Shown piece by piece: positions 1-14,194 of a stretch of DNA of 64,000 nucleotides. Below the pieces are notes generated by a model that did no database searches, was not told where the DNA came from, and worked only from the letters and a program-made list of their open reading frames with translations. The position numbers and the translations under genes were made by a program. How positions within the stretch are numbered: position 1 is the first letter of the stretch; each line of letters starts with the position of its first letter. The stretch spans positions 1 through 64,000 of the forward strand of contig MU004200.1 in NCBI GenBank assembly GCA_010093605.1. Reading direction: 5' to 3'. The stretch comes from Lophium mytilinum (Eukaryota).

Positions 1-1362
1 ATCTATCTATCTATAACCTAGGCGGATTAGGTAGTTTTAGAAGGTTAGATAGAGAAGGTAGATAGCTATATTTATAAGGACTATAAAGTAGTTATTAACT
101 ATAATAATTACCTATAATACTAGATTATCTATAATTAAGAATTATCTATACAGCCTGCGCGTAAATTTTATATAAGAAGTAGGTAAACTTTTATAAAGTA
201 GTATAAAGCCTATAGAGTAGTAAAATATATAGTTTTCTAGAAAGTTATATAAGTAACTAGTATTCTCTACGCGTTTCTTAATTTAGAAATTTCTAATATA
301 GATAAACTACCTAAATATAATATTTAGTTTATCTCTATATATACCTATTCTACTATAGTAAAATAAAATAAGAACGCGGTAATAACTATTACTTTACAGG
401 ATTTTAAGTAGTTAGATTAACCTTTAGATACTAATAAGTAGTACACCTATAGATAATAGATTATAAACCTAGTAGGCGTTACTACTAAGAACTATTATTA
501 ATTTAAAGAGAAAATAATAAAATTACTATATATAAAGGACTAGCTTTAATAAAAGATTTCTTCTTTTTTTTATTAGATTCTAGACACTTTTAATCTATAA
601 GTAGCTAATAAACTGCCCCTATATAGGCCTAGTGTAGACTATACTATTAACTTTAAAGATCTAAATATAAAACCCTCTATCCTGCACTAATATAGCCTCT
701 TCTATAATAAGCTACGTGCTATTAAGGCCTATATTAATAAGATGCTTAGAAAGAGCTTTATTTATTCTAGCACGTTGCTATTTATAGCGCCTATTATTAT
801 TATTTATAAGCCTAGTAGAGGACTCCGCATCTATATTAATTACTACTTACTAAATAAAATTATAATTAAGAATAGAAATATACCTTCTCTTCTATATAAT
901 ATAATTACGTAGCTTTATAAAGCTAAAATATACTCTATCTTTAATATTATTACTATATTTAATAATATCTATATTAAGAATAGTAATTAACCTAAGATAG
1001 CCTTTTATACTTAATATAGCGTCTTTAAATTTAATATTATACTCTTTAGCTTATATAATACCCCTGGTATATTTTAGTTATTTATTAACTCTATATTATA
1101 ACTATATCTAGACGTCTACTATATAGCCTATATAGATAATATTCTTATCTATAGTAATAATAAAGAAGACTATAAAAGGGACTATATAAATATTCTTATA
1201 GCCCTATATAATATAGAACTCTTTCTAGATATTAATAAGTACTACTTCTTAGTTAAACGCGTTAAGTACCTTAGACTTATTATTACGCCCGACGGTATAG
1301 AAATAGACCTAGCTAAGGTTAGCACTATTTAGAACTAGAAGCTGCCCTATAATATTAAGAAT

Positions 1363-1897
1363 NNNNNNNNNNNNNNNNNNNNNNNNNNNNNNNNNNNNNN
1401 NNNNNNNNNNNNNNNNNNNNNNNNNNNNNNNNNNNNNNNNNNNNNNNNNNNNNNNNNNNNNNNNNNNNNNNNNNNNNNNNNNNNNNNNNNNNNNNNNNNN
1501 NNNNNNNNNNNNNNNNNNNNNNNNNNNNNNNNNNNNNNNNNNNNNNNNNNNNNNNNNNNNNNNNNNNNNNNNNNNNNNNNNNNNNNNNNNNNNNNNNNNN
1601 NNNNNNNNNNNNNNNNNNNNNNNNNNNNNNNNNNNNNNNNNNNNNNNNNNNNNNNNNNNNNNNNNNNNNNNNNNNNNNNNNNNNNNNNNNNNNNNNNNNN
1701 NNNNNNNNNNNNNNNNNNNNNNNNNNNNNNNNNNNNNNNNNNNNNNNNNNNNNNNNNNNNNNNNNNNNNNNNNNNNNNNNNNNNNNNNNNNNNNNNNNNN
1801 NNNNNNNNNNNNNNNNNNNNNNNNNNNNNNNNNNNNNNNNNNNNNNNNNNNNNNNNNNNNNNNNNNNNNNNNNNNNNNNNNNNNNNNNNNNNNNNNN
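1363..1897. other. Assembly gap (N run); a second short gap lies at 6145-6154
   Basis: Runs of N. Confidence 1.
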
Positions 1898-4254
1898 TAG
1901 CTTACTAGTATACTCTTAAATAAATAAAAGGTCTCTATTATTAGGATTACCTAGCTTATATATAATATAGCTAAATAGCACCTAACTAATATTCTATATA
2001 TTATTTTAGCTACTAATAGAACTAGGGGTAAAAAGAAGCGCTTAACTATAACTATAGTAGACTATAGTAAGTTAAATAAAGATCTATATAACGCTATACC
2101 TAATATTATAGCCCTAATTACCCCTGCATTTATAAATTATATCTCTAAAGAAGAAGTACTAAAGGTATCTAAGCCTAGTAATAAGTTAGATAAGAACTTA
2201 CTAGGGGACTATACTAATAACGCTACTATTTAGTAGATTAATTATATATATATAGAGAATAATATTCTCTAGTATATTATATATACTAAGAAGATAGATA
2301 AATAATAAATTCCTCTTAAACTTATTTAGAAATAAGAAATTAAAATTAAGCTTAGTAACTATAAGATCTATAAAAATAGGCTATTTATTAATAGCCGCCT
2401 ATATATTCTATATAATATAAAGCTCTATATATAATTAATTAAGAAAGCCTATAACTCTCTCTCTAAAGGCTATACTAGAAGAAACTCCCTCTACTATTAC
2501 CTCTTTTTCTAGTACTACTAGCTAGGTATTATAAACTCTATTACTATATATATTAACGCCTGCCTAATATATAGATATACTAAGGTCTATAAAAATAGTA
2601 AATATAGCTTACTTAAGCTATTACCTATTCTAAATTAATACTAGATAGATATTTCTATTAACTTTATTACTAAGCTGCCCTTTTATACTATTAAGGGCTA
2701 TATATACTAATATATTATAGTAGTTATTAATTAACTTTCTAAAAAGTATAAGTTTATTCCGCTAGACTCTATAGAGCTAGAGAATGTTACGCAGGCCTTT
2801 ATTAACTAGATCTAGCGTAAGAAAGGCTATCTAGACTATATTATATCTAACTATAGCGTGTAGTTTATATTTTTCTTTTAGAAGCACCTATATAAGTATA
2901 TAGAAATATATCTAAAGCTATCTACTATAGCCTATCTAGAGACTAATAGATAAACTAAAATTATTAATGTAGGCCTAAAGTAGTACCTGCGCGTATATAT
3001 CTATTATCTATAAAATAACTAGGTAAATCTTATTACCTTTACTAAATTTAAGGCTAACGCTAATATTAATTAGTCTACTAGCGTATTACTATTTAAAGCT
3101 ACTAAAGAATATATACCTAGAAGTAGTCTTAAGCCTTCCTTCTATAGAATTATTATACTAGGCCTAGAGAAATAAGGTATAGATACTACTAAGAAGCTTA
3201 TTATATAGATCTATAATTTACGCGAGTTTCTTAAAAGTAAACTACGCTAGAATTAATCTAAAATAAAGAAATTAGCTAACTAGAACTACCTACCGGCCCC
3301 TAAGTTTAAGGTTAATAATATAGTTATACTTAATACTAAGAATATTTATACTATAAGGCTAAGTAAGTCTTTTAACTATAAGAATTTTAGTCCCTTTTAT
3401 ATAATATAAGTTATTAATAATATAGCCTATAAGCTAGAACTTTCTAACTCTATAAAAGAAATCTTTCTAGTATTCTACCTATAGCTACTCTATTAAATTA
3501 ATAAGGATCCGCCCCTTCTAAAATAGTATCTAGAACTCTTACCTATACTTAAAATAGAAGAAGATAGCTTTATAGAGTAGTATTATATTAATAAAGTCCT
3601 TAACTTCTATTTTAATAGCTACTAACTAGATCTATATACTAGAAAGAAGCTATACTTAGTCTATAAAATAGCCTAGACTAGATATAATAATACCCGGCCT
3701 AAATAGAAGCCCTATTAGAATACTAATAGTTATAATAAACTTCTTATAGAATACTATATAAAGTATAGCCTTAAAGTAAAACCTTATTTAATATTTAGTA
3801 CATCTAAATAGAAGGTTACTAAGATAATAAGTAAGAGTATAAGCGCTACTGCAGTAATAGTAGGCCTATAGAATATTCTTAGTACTAGCCTAAGTAAGTA
3901 TAAATAGTAACCTTATTAGATAGCTAAGTTATTTTATAAGAAGGCTATTCTATATAGGTAACCTAAAGTAGAACTCTAATAGATAGAAGCTAATAATAGG
4001 CCTTAGGTTAATTTATACGGCCTACTTATAGCGCTTAAGAATAAATATAAGGATAAATATAAGAATAAAAATAATAGAAATAATAGAAATAATAGAAATA
4101 ATAGAAGTAATAGATATAGTAAGACTATAGATAATAGTAAATATATAAATAGTAGGGCTGTATAAGTAGCTTAATAGAAATAAAATAGAAAGAATAGAGA
4201 AGCTATAATATATTCTAAGCCTTATAGAACTTTAGCTTTTAAAGGGGGAGGTAG

Positions 4255-4485
4255 TATTATAGTATAAATCTAGAATTATAATAATTATATACTAAGGTTA
4301 TATGCAGCCCCTTATATAACCTAAGTAAGGCGCTAGGCTATAGCCTATACGCTAGCCTTAAACTATAACCTCTTAAGAGCTTCTAGCTCTCTTTCTTCTT
4401 CTTAGCTTAGATTTTTATAATAGTTAATATACCTTATTACTTATATTATATTAGCCCTCTATAGGCCTAGCCTAGATATATAATA
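4255..4485 (+). repeat. Probable 3' LTR of the + strand Gypsy
   Basis: Starts right after the PPT with TA (RIP of TG) and ends in ...taata (RIP of CA), followed by an abrupt switch to another element; end position approximate. Confidence 0.55.
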
Positions 4486-7400
4486 GCCTAGTATTTCTAG
4501 GCTAGAGAATCTAAAGAAGTATTTAGCTAGCGTAAGTATAATACTAGCTATTTCTAGAGTATTTATAACTTTATTAAGGTAATATAAATAGTCTTTCTTA
4601 AATCTAGAGTAGATAAGAATATTATTAATATAGATAGCTATAAATTTCTATAGATATAGTATAAATAGAGATTCTATATAGTATTAAAAGAAGCTAGATA
4701 TATTTACTAGGCCTATTATAGAGACTATAAGCTATTTATACCCTCTATATATAGTTATAAAGCCTATCTTCTAGTAATTAGCTTTTCTTATACTCTACTA
4801 GAAGAAGCCTTTAGTTATATCTATAGATAAGAAGATAACTATACTACCTAAAAGATTAAAAATATTATTTTAGTATAGTAGCGGGTAGGCATCTAGATAT
4901 AGTTTTATATTAATTTTTCTAAAATTAATAATAACTCTTAGTTTACTATTTCTCTAGACTATAAATACTAGTAATATAGCTACTAAAGGTTACTCTAGTA
5001 GAATCTTTTCTACGCGCCCTTACTCTATAAGCGGATCTAGAATCTTATCTATAGTGCGCTTATTCTACTTTAAGAGTCTATAGGCTCTTTACTTTAAGCC
5101 CTTAATATCTATCTTATCTATAAATAGAATAGATATTTCTATACTATTATTAAAAAGGCCTAGATATTTATTAAAGAGTTTAGCGTAACTATAGAGCTAT
5201 ACGCGTAGCTTATTACTAAAGTTCTACTTAAAATAGTTTAAGATATAGGCTTTAGAGAGATCTATATTACTCTCTATAGGGTTTATAATAAAGGGTATAT
5301 TTCCTTTATTATTATCTTTATCTATAGTAGTATTAAGAGCTTAAATAGATATACTAGTAGTATTCTTACTAGTATCTTTCTTAATAGCTTCTTCTTTTAC
5401 TAAGCCGGCGTTTTAGATATCTATATTCTAGGCGGCGGCGTCTAATATATTAGCGTTTTAGGTAGCAGCGTTTAATATATTTATATCTCTACTTTCTATA
5501 TTACTTTTAACGCTAGTTTTAAAAATATTAATAAAGTCTATACTTATATCTAGGTCTTCTATAGAAGTATTATCGCAATATAGCTAGATATATTCTAGCT
5601 ATTATTCTTTTTTAAGAATAAGTGTATATATACTAAAGTTTAAAAATAGTATACTACTATCTATAGTTAGAAGTAATACTCTTACCTTAAGGCTATAGAC
5701 GCCTTTATATTTATTAATAAAGTCTATATAGAGTTTAAATAAATATAGGCCTATAACTCTACTTATACTATAGATAGAAATATTTAGGCCTTATTCTAGT
5801 TCTATAATAATATCTTTAGTAAAAAAGGCTCTAGATACTTTTACCTTTAGTAGTTTTACCTTAGGTAGTAGATTCTTAGCTAAAATAGTTAGTAGAAATA
5901 TATATTACTATACCTAAAGTCTATTTAGGCTATCTTTATCTTTCTATATAATACTAAAGTCTACTAGCTATAAGTTATTAATTTCTAGAAGTAGACTATA
6001 GTCTAGCTTTAGAATAATATAGGCTTTAATAGGTATAGTTAAAATAGTTCTATTAGTATTAGTAAGGTATAATATAAATTGCGCCTATATCTATAAGCGT
6101 ACTAGTTTTTTACTAATATCTAATATTTTAATACTTTTCTTTCTNNNNNNNNNNAGGTTATATATACTTTATTAAACTAACTTTATAGTATTTAATAGTA
6201 ATATTATATATTAATAAAGATATTATAGTACTACCTAGGGATTTTAACGCTATAATTAAGATATAACCTAGCATTAATATCTTATATTCTTATTTTCTAA
6301 GAACTAGAGGAGAAATTTAAGGTTATTAATTATCTAGAAGGAGCTATTACTATTACTATTATCCTTATTTTTATCCTTAATAGCGATGTCTAGGTCTTTA
6401 TTTTTAATATTATTTAACCTTGCAGTAGTATTATAGGCTTTTACTACTTTCTTCTTATATTCTACTACCGGAAGGTAGTAGAGGTAAAGACGTATAAAAT
6501 ATATCTTATTTAGTTTTTCTTTAGCTATATAGATAGGGTACTATTTATCTAGTTTTCTATTAGTAGGTTTATCTTATTATTTCTAGTTACTTCTATTACC
6601 GGCGGCTATATCTCTATACTTCTTACTAACCTATATAAGTACCTATTTAAGCTATTCTATTAGTTAGTAATATAGTATCTTTAGTATAGCTTTATACTAG
6701 AATAAGTATAGTTTATATACTAGTATTAGTACTAAGCTTATTAGGTATCTTAAGTAACTTTACTACTATAGTTTCTCTACTACTAGTATCTACTACTTTA
6801 TATATTACTAGAAGTTCTATAATATATTTTCTACTTTATATATTTATACTAAGTTTATTAAAACCGGGTCTAGGCTATTCTAGAGCTTATAGATAATATT
6901 ATACTTATTCTTAATACTAGCTTTATAGAGTAGATTAACCTTTCTAATTATATACTAGAATAGAAATAGCTAGTTAGCCTTTTAAAAAAAGAACTTTATA
7001 TTATTAGCTTTCTACTAGGCTATATAGCGCGCTTTCTAGTACTTTTATATTAGCTAATCCTTCTAGTAAGCTAAGCTAGTATCTATCTAGAGTTGCGCTA
7101 CTTATAGTAATAATATATACTAGATATAGGTATCTACTATTATATATAAGGGTAGCTATAAAAGAATAGATATATTTCTATATAGCGCTATAATTTACTT
7201 AAAGCGCTATATAAAGATACTAACTAAGTTCTTATTAGAATTAAATAGTATAATATCTACTAGCCTAAGCTTAGATAGTAATATTAGTAGCGTTACTACT
7301 ATAAAGTTCTAACCTAGAAAACTATACTACTATACTATAGCTACTAATCTATCTTCTACTAACTATAGGTAATAACTCTAATATAGATATAGAGTATAGA

Positions 7401-9643
7401 GGTATTCTAATAACTATATAGATATTTAAGTATTAAAATATAGGCCTATAGAATTAGATTATAAAAAACTACTCTATATATACTCTAGCCTATAATATAT
7501 AGGCGCCTACTATATAGATACTCTTAGTATAGATAACTACTATATAGTTATCTACTATATAGTTATCTACTATATAGTTATCTACTATATAGGTGCCTAC
7601 TAGAGCTATAGCTACTTATAAAGGCCTTAGACTATTTACTCTATTTCTTCTATATATTTTAGAAATTCTTAGAATATATAGGCGTTATACTTATTTAAGT
7701 TAAAGCTATTTCTAAAGAAGTAATTCTCTATTTTTTATTATATACTATCTTTTATTAGAGAGATAGACCTTTTAATACTAGTGTTTAGGGCATTATTATT
7801 ATTATTATTTTTATTATTATTACTTAAGCCTAAGCCGCCGCTATTATTATTCCCTAGTTCTTACTTAAACTAGACTATAACTTATTTAATATTTATAATA
7901 GTAATCTTATTATTAGAGAATAAGAATTCTAGTAATATAGGGTTAAAAATAGCATGTAAGTTATTAATATAATTAGCCCTTTCTAAATTTATTATAATTT
8001 TCTCTAGGCTGTAAGCTTAACTAGCTATTATATCTATAATCTCTCTTACTAGTATTAGATAGAATTTTTAGCTGCGTAGAAGCTAGTATATAAAGATAGC
8101 ATTAGTTTTATACTATTTCTTAGTATAATATTTAATACTATTACTAGCTACTAGGGTTACTAATAGCTAGCGCCTAGGCCTTCTTTTCCCGGCCTTTATA
8201 ACGCCCGCGCCTATAGCATCTTACTAGGGTGCTTTTTCTTTATATTTTAATTTAGCTAGAGTAATACGCCGCGTAATAATCTTAATTCTATTAGTAGTTA
8301 GTAGGCTACTCTTATTCTAGTTATTATTAAAGGTATTACTTAGGCCTAGAAGCGTATAGATAGCTTTAAGTATATTAAAAAGAAATACATCTTAAATACT
8401 ATTCTTATCTATATTCTAGTCTAGGGGAAGCTTAAGGTTCTCTTAAGTAGATAGATATTCCTTAATAATCTAGATAAAGATATCTATAAGATTATTATCT
8501 AGAGGAGAAGGTTATAGACCTTACCTCTATATAATAATATAGTATATATTTTAAAGGGCTATTCTAGGTAGATTCTTAAGTATAGGGGCGTCTTACTAGG
8601 CTTTAGAAGCTACTATATTACTAATTTATATATTAGAATAGTATAGTAATATATATAGCTATATTAAAATAATCTAGCTATATATATAGCTATATCTTTT
8701 ACTATTATATAGGGTTAGAGCTGTCCTAATTAGCTATAACTATATAGTTATAGTTTCTTAGGCGTAGATAACTACGCTTTAGATATAGAAACATAGTTAA
8801 TTATATCTTATACTAGTTAAGGCGTACTATAAACCCGTAGTTAGCTATAGAATAGGCCTTTCTAGAGCGCGCTCTAAAATAGGGGATTATACGTGCGGGG
8901 TTAATGGAATTACCCGGAGGTTGGGCCCGGTATTAGTGCTTAATTTACCTAAGGTTATAGCCAGCTAATAATTTATAGCTGTCTATAAGGTAGATATTGC
9001 GGTAGTATAGAATAAAGGTAGGTAAGTAGGTGTAGAAGGGTAAGCAGGAGATAGTGTCTTATTAACACGTTATTATCTCTTGCTATTCTAACCCGGTTAC
9101 TAACAGCTCCACGCTCCTAACTAAGATTTAATGGCAGCCGCTCTACTATAAGCGATGCTGCTGCCGTTAGATATAGAAGTAACTCGCGGTGTCGCCAATA
9201 ATAGCGTTATAAGTATAAGAACATCTTTATATCTATAACTCCTGTATAGAAGAGAAAGAAAAAGACTAGAAAGAGAGAGAGAGAGAGAGAGAGAAAGGGG
9301 AGAGAGAGAGAAAAAGGTTAGGCGTCGGCGTAGAGTACGTTAATGTTAGAAAAGCAACTAAGATAAGTATCTAGTTGTTGCGGATAAGAGTATTAGAAAG
9401 AGGAAAATAGGGGTGTCCGTTGCCAGAGAAGTCGAATCGGCCTAATCGGCTACCAATTATAAGGGACGCAAGCGTGCGGTACGGGCATAGGGCACGGGCG
9501 CATTAAGTTATTAAAGACAAGTTTATATTATAAAGCGTGTTAAGCATAAGGCTCTACATAATAAAACTATATAGGGTGCGCACATGCTAGCTGGCACGTG
9601 CACGCTAGAGACGTGCACGTGCTTAATAGCTATGTTCCTTACA
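4486..9643 (-). mobile_element. Second RIP-degenerated Gypsy retrotransposon (5' LTR, gag, start of pol), truncated or interrupted in RT
   Basis: Minus strand ~4860-4940 reads RVIINFRKINIKLYLDAYPLL (Gypsy RT DYRxLN..D.YPLP motif); the minus strand begins TGTAAGGAACATAGC at 9643, an LTR-like start that cuts the adjacent Copia. Confidence 0.7.
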
Positions 9644-10910
9644 CTTAGATAAAGAACTATACGTGGAATAACTACATGGTTTTAATATAAATAATAAAGT
9701 CTATAAGCTAAATAAAGCATTATACAGCTTAAAATAGTCCCCTAGACAATGGTATATTCATTTAGCTACGTATTTAGAAAAGTATAGTTTTAAAAGTACT
9801 ATTGTAGAGTAGGTAGTATTTAAAAATACGCAATTAAATATAATAATAGTCTGCTATGTAGATGATTTATTAGTATTTAGCCCAAATATAAAAGATATAG
9901 AAAATCTACAATTAAAACTAAGCAAAGACTTAGAATTAATAAACTTAAAGCCTATATCCTATTTTCTAGGCATGGAAATAATACATAATAGAAAGGAAAG
10001 AACCCTATTATTAAGCTAGAAAAAGTATATAAAAAGTCTATTAAAAAGATTTAATAAAGAGAAACTAAATCCTATTTCTATACTAGGAGAAATAGGTATA
10101 AAACTAGAGAAAAACGATAAATAGGCATTAAAAGAAGATATAAAACTATACTAGTAATAAGTTAGAAGTCTTATTTATCTATCTATAAAGACAAGACTAG
10201 ATATAGCCTATAGCGTAAATCTATGCGCTCGTTTTATGTCTAATCCTAGTCCTATTTACTTTAAAGCCTTAGAAAGGATCTAGAAATACTTATTATATAA
10301 GCCTACGCACGGAATTAGCGTTAAATTTTCTCCTAGTAATCTAGCACCCTATTTATTAGGATATTCTAATGCAGATCACGGGGGTGATATAATAGGAAGA
10401 AAATTAATAACTAGCTACTACTTCTCCTATGGAAAAACCCCTATTAGCTGGAATAGTAAACTACAGAAATCTGTAGCACTATCTAGTTGCAAAGCTAAGT
10501 ATATAGCTTTAAAAGAAACTATAAAAGAATATATATACTTAATAAGTATATTAAAACAACTTAATATTAAAAATACAGAAGACTTCTATCTATTTATGGT
10601 TAGTCAATCAGCTATAGAATTAGCTAATAATCCTAAACACCACTTAAAAACTAAACATATAGATATACAATATTATTTTGTAAGAGAAAACATTCAAAAT
10701 GGATTAATAAAGCTAGCCTACCTTAATACTAAGGAGCAAATAGCTGATATATTCACTAAACCATTAGTGGGAAGTAGTTTTACTAAAATAGTAGACTATA
10801 TGAGATTAGATACTAAATAGATACATAGATATATAGATATAACTCTATTACGCAAATAGATAAATACATAGATTCTATCTATCTATCTATCTATCTGTGC
10901 AAAGAAGAAA

Positions 10911-10948
<38 letters not shown>

Positions 10949-11290
10949 ATATCTCTCTATCTATCTATCTATCTATCTCTCTATCTATTCGAAAAAGAAT
11001 ATACAAAATAAGCATATAACGCTTAAGGGAGTGTGTAAGGATTATAATAGCATAAGCGTTATATCCTTACGCATAATAGGCTCAAAAGCCTTCAAACGGG
11101 ACGAAACCGTGAGCGTTTGAACGTGATACAACGAACGTTAGATAACGTTACAAGAACATTAGAGAAACGTTTTATAATGCATTAAATGCTGTATATATAC
11201 TCTGTTGCTGTCAATGTAGAATAGAACTCAAGCAATACAATTCCTATCTATCTATCCATCTATTCTCACATCGACTCTATACCTCTGATA
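9644..11290 (+). mobile_element. Ty1/Copia retrotransposon 3' half (RT, RNase H, PPT, 3' LTR), moderately RIP-mutated
   Basis: YVDDLL at ~9856-9873, LxKALYSLKxSPRQW-like at ~9710-9753, ORF 10596-10820 with KHIDIQYYFVRE and QIADIFTKPL (Copia RNase H end); purine tract aagggagtg directly before the LTR at 11034. Confidence 0.92.
11034..11290 (+). repeat. Copia 3' LTR (257 bp), the reference copy of the window's solo-LTR family
   Basis: TGTAAGG...TGATA, same length as and highly similar to 45024-45280 (TGTAAGG...TAACA). Confidence 0.9.
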
Positions 11291-11310
11291 TAAGCCTCTA
11301 TCTTATAATT

Positions 11311-11359
11311 TATTCAAGTATAGATATAGAATTAGTGGAATAGATAGATAGATAGATAT

Positions 11360-11431
<72 letters not shown>

Positions 11432-11463
11432 ATAGATAAATAGATAAATAGATAAATAGATAA

Positions 11464-11499
<36 letters not shown>

Positions 11500-11943
11500 T
11501 AATTATACTGCTTAAGTTCTATTCTATACTAATATTAATAGAGTTATAAATATATCTAATTTAATGCATTAAAAAATGCTTCTCTAATATTCTTATAAAC
11601 TATCTAATATTTATTAGATTATAATTAACCGCTTACAGTTATTAAAGATATAGAGATGATATAAAACTAGATAGATAGATATATAGATAAAAATTATATT
11701 ACTTAAGTTCTATTCTATATTAATAGTAATGGAGTTATATATATACAGCATTTAATACATTATAAAACATTTCTCTTACATTCTTATAGCGTTATCTAAT
11801 GTTTATTGTATTACGTTTCATTATAAAATGTTTCTCTAACATTTATTGTATTATATTTAAACGCTTACAGTTTCGCTATATTTAAAGGTTTTTAAGCCTA
11901 TTATACATAAGGATATAGTGCTTATACTATTATAAAACTTATA
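11311..11943 (-). repeat. Two further decayed copies of the Copia LTR (one truncated, with a long (ATAG)n expansion)
   Basis: Reverse complements of LTR motifs (cttaagttctattctat, aatgcatt, cgcttacagtt, aagcctattat) occur twice; (TAGA)n at ~11340-11500. Confidence 0.75.
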
Positions 11944-12114
11944 ATCTAGATATTAGTATTATTTAAAGGAAAGCGCTTTATAAAGAAAAGTTACTTAAAT
12001 ATCCTAGTATATAACTTTTCTATAGTCTAGACTAGATATGCCTTACCCCCCTATCTAGTATATAGCGCTCCTACTAATATTTATTAACTATCTATTATGC
12101 TATATCTAACTAGA

Positions 12115-12250
12115 GGTATACTATCTATTTAGAAGCGCTAGCAAGCCGTTTTATCCTCTTAATCTATAGGTAGGGGTGGCTAGGTATACTATCTATTTAG
12201 AAGCGCTAGCGAGCCGTTTTATCCTCTTAATCTATAGGTAGGGGTGGCTA
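12115..12250 (+). repeat. Near-perfect 68-bp tandem duplication in RIP'd DNA
   Basis: ggtatactatctatttagaagcgctagc(a/g)agccgttttatcctcttaatctataggtaggggtggcta x2. Confidence 0.9.
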
Positions 12251-12889
12251 TAGCATTATTTCCTTTTATATTAGACTTTCTATAGAGTACTCCCTATATA
12301 GCTTGTTTCTTTTCTATAGAGCTTTTATTTTTATATAGGCTATAAACCTTATATTAGATTTAGTAGTTAAAATTTCTACCTCTACCTATATTTTAGGGAT
12401 GTAGAATAGTACTTACCTATACTAATAATAAATATATACCTCTTTCTTTTAGTAGAGTAATTAACCCCTAGCTAGATATTATTTCATGAGTAGTAAAATT
12501 AATTAGGAAGCATACTATCTACTTACTATTATATTAAGGTATCTTATCTTATATAGTACTTTTCTTTTAAAGGATATCTAACTTTACCTATACCTCCTTT
12601 AAAATCTAAATTTATATCTCTCTTATATATAGTAATAGACTAATAGTACTATAATACTTAGTAGAGAGTTTATAAGACTTTATAATAATAGTTTTAAGTT
12701 TTTCTTCTAACTAATTTATAGTAGTATCCTATACTCAACTAGAGTATCTTATACTAAAGAAGAACTAATTATGTTACCTAGTTTCATTAATTAATATCCT
12801 CTACTTAGGATATTTTGTTTATTATAATAATAGTACTATAAAGTTACTATAAAGATCTATAAGGAGTTAAAATTATAGAATTTTTATTT

Positions 12890-12981
12890 ATATCTACTTA
12901 TCTACTTATCTACTTATCTACTTATCTACTTATCTACTTATCTACTTATCTACTTATCTATTTATCTACTTATTTATCTAC

Positions 12982-13039
<58 letters not shown>

Positions 13040-13045
13040 CTCTCT
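12890..13045 (+). repeat. (TATCTACT)n grading into (TATC)n microsatellite
   Basis: Directly visible. Confidence 0.9.
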
Positions 13046-13184
13046 TATAGAAATATCTACTTTACCTATATACTAATAAGTATACTAAAGTTTCATTTAT
13101 GTTATCTTATAAGGACTTCTTAGTATTAAGCCTAACTGCTAATCTACTACTTACTACCCCCTTTGAGTTCTCTTAATTAATCAA

Positions 13185-13832
13185 GGGGAGGGGTTCTAAC
13201 ACACCCCCTTTTAACTCCACGCACACCACCCTTACGTCTGATCTTCTGATTGGCCCTGAAGGTCGCTCCGACGCCTCCAATTCGCTCGCTTAAGTCGCTT
13301 ATGAATTACAGATGCTCTCTCTAAATACGGCGTGGCCATAAATAATTACATCCTTATCCTCTACCATAATACACTTACTATGGACCTCCAGCGCCACCGC
13401 CACGGGCCTACAACTCCTCGGAGCGCCACGAAAGAAGGCAGTACAGCAGCAAAAGAGCGCTTATCCTCATCCTCAGCCTTATCCTGCATCAAGCGGCGAT
13501 GGGGGTGGCGGCGATGTAAGGGGGCTAGGCTTAATGCGGAGGAGCCGTAATAAGGTAAGGTTTTAACTATTTTGGCATGCTCCTAGGCGCGTAGGCATAT
13601 ATGTAGCAATACAATGGCCTATATATACAGTAAACGGGAGGTATGCATAGTAAAACGGGTATGGTATGCTACACAGCCTTACCATATAACACGGATGCGC
13701 GTGAGAATTGAGCGCCGGAGCAGTAATCCGAGCCTTCCGGGCCAATCAGAAGATCAGACGAAAGGGGGTGTGGATGGATTGATGGAAGGGGTGTGTTACG
13801 AGCTAAAAGGGGGTGTGTTAGAACCCCTCCCC
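13185..13832. mobile_element. Non-autonomous TIR DNA transposon (MITE-like, 648 bp) with 8-bp TSD TTAATCAA
   Basis: Left end ggggaggggttctaacacacccccttttaactc matches the reverse complement of right end gagctaaaagggggtgtgttagaacccctcccc; subterminal IR cgtctgatcttctgattggccc; ttaatcaa at 13177-13184 and 13833-13840. Confidence 0.9.
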
Positions 13833-14194
13833 TTAATCAATATCTCTATTTATTATACAGATGCCGCTTTTACAGAGAGTAGGTTTATTGTAGTAGGTAA
13901 CATTAAGTAGTTAATCAGTTTGGTGGCCTTAGAGCAGCGATTCTGGCCAATTAGTAGACCTGCGTGATGTGCTTAAAGTTAGAAGCCAATGCGTCAAGTG
14001 AACAGGGCTGTGTGTTTAGCAACGCCCTATACGTCAATTACTATGCAGTGATTATAGCTAGCATAGACAATGCAGTTTGCTTGAAATTCACATTAGATTG
14101 GGGGATAAAACATATCAGTAGAAGCCCTTCAGTATGTCTTCTTTTTGGCATCTGATCTGGTCTCGATAAATTTTTGAGGCCCTAGTCTATACTC

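Larger units (their letters stand above)
1..4485 (+). mobile_element. RIP-degenerated Ty3/Gypsy (chromovirus-like) LTR retrotransposon, 3' part: RT, integrase, chromodomain-like tail, PPT, 3' LTR
   Basis: Decayed RT motifs at ~790-900 (GLRIxxxYxxLN-like) and ~1125-1155 (AYIDNILIYS, from YxDD); integrase-like remnants at ~2640-2970 (W..ISxxFITKLP; ST..HPxTxGxTE-like); PPT aaagggggaggtag at 4241-4254; extreme TpA enrichment; interrupted by an N gap. Confidence 0.85.

Noticed and set aside
7535..7600. 15-bp tandem repeats (ctactatatagttat) and other periodic repeats as CRISPR-like arrays
   Set aside because: No unique spacers, eukaryotic context, inside RIP'd retroelement sequence
13332..14155. 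Short ORFs in and beside the TIR element
   Set aside because: No transposase or other recognisable motifs
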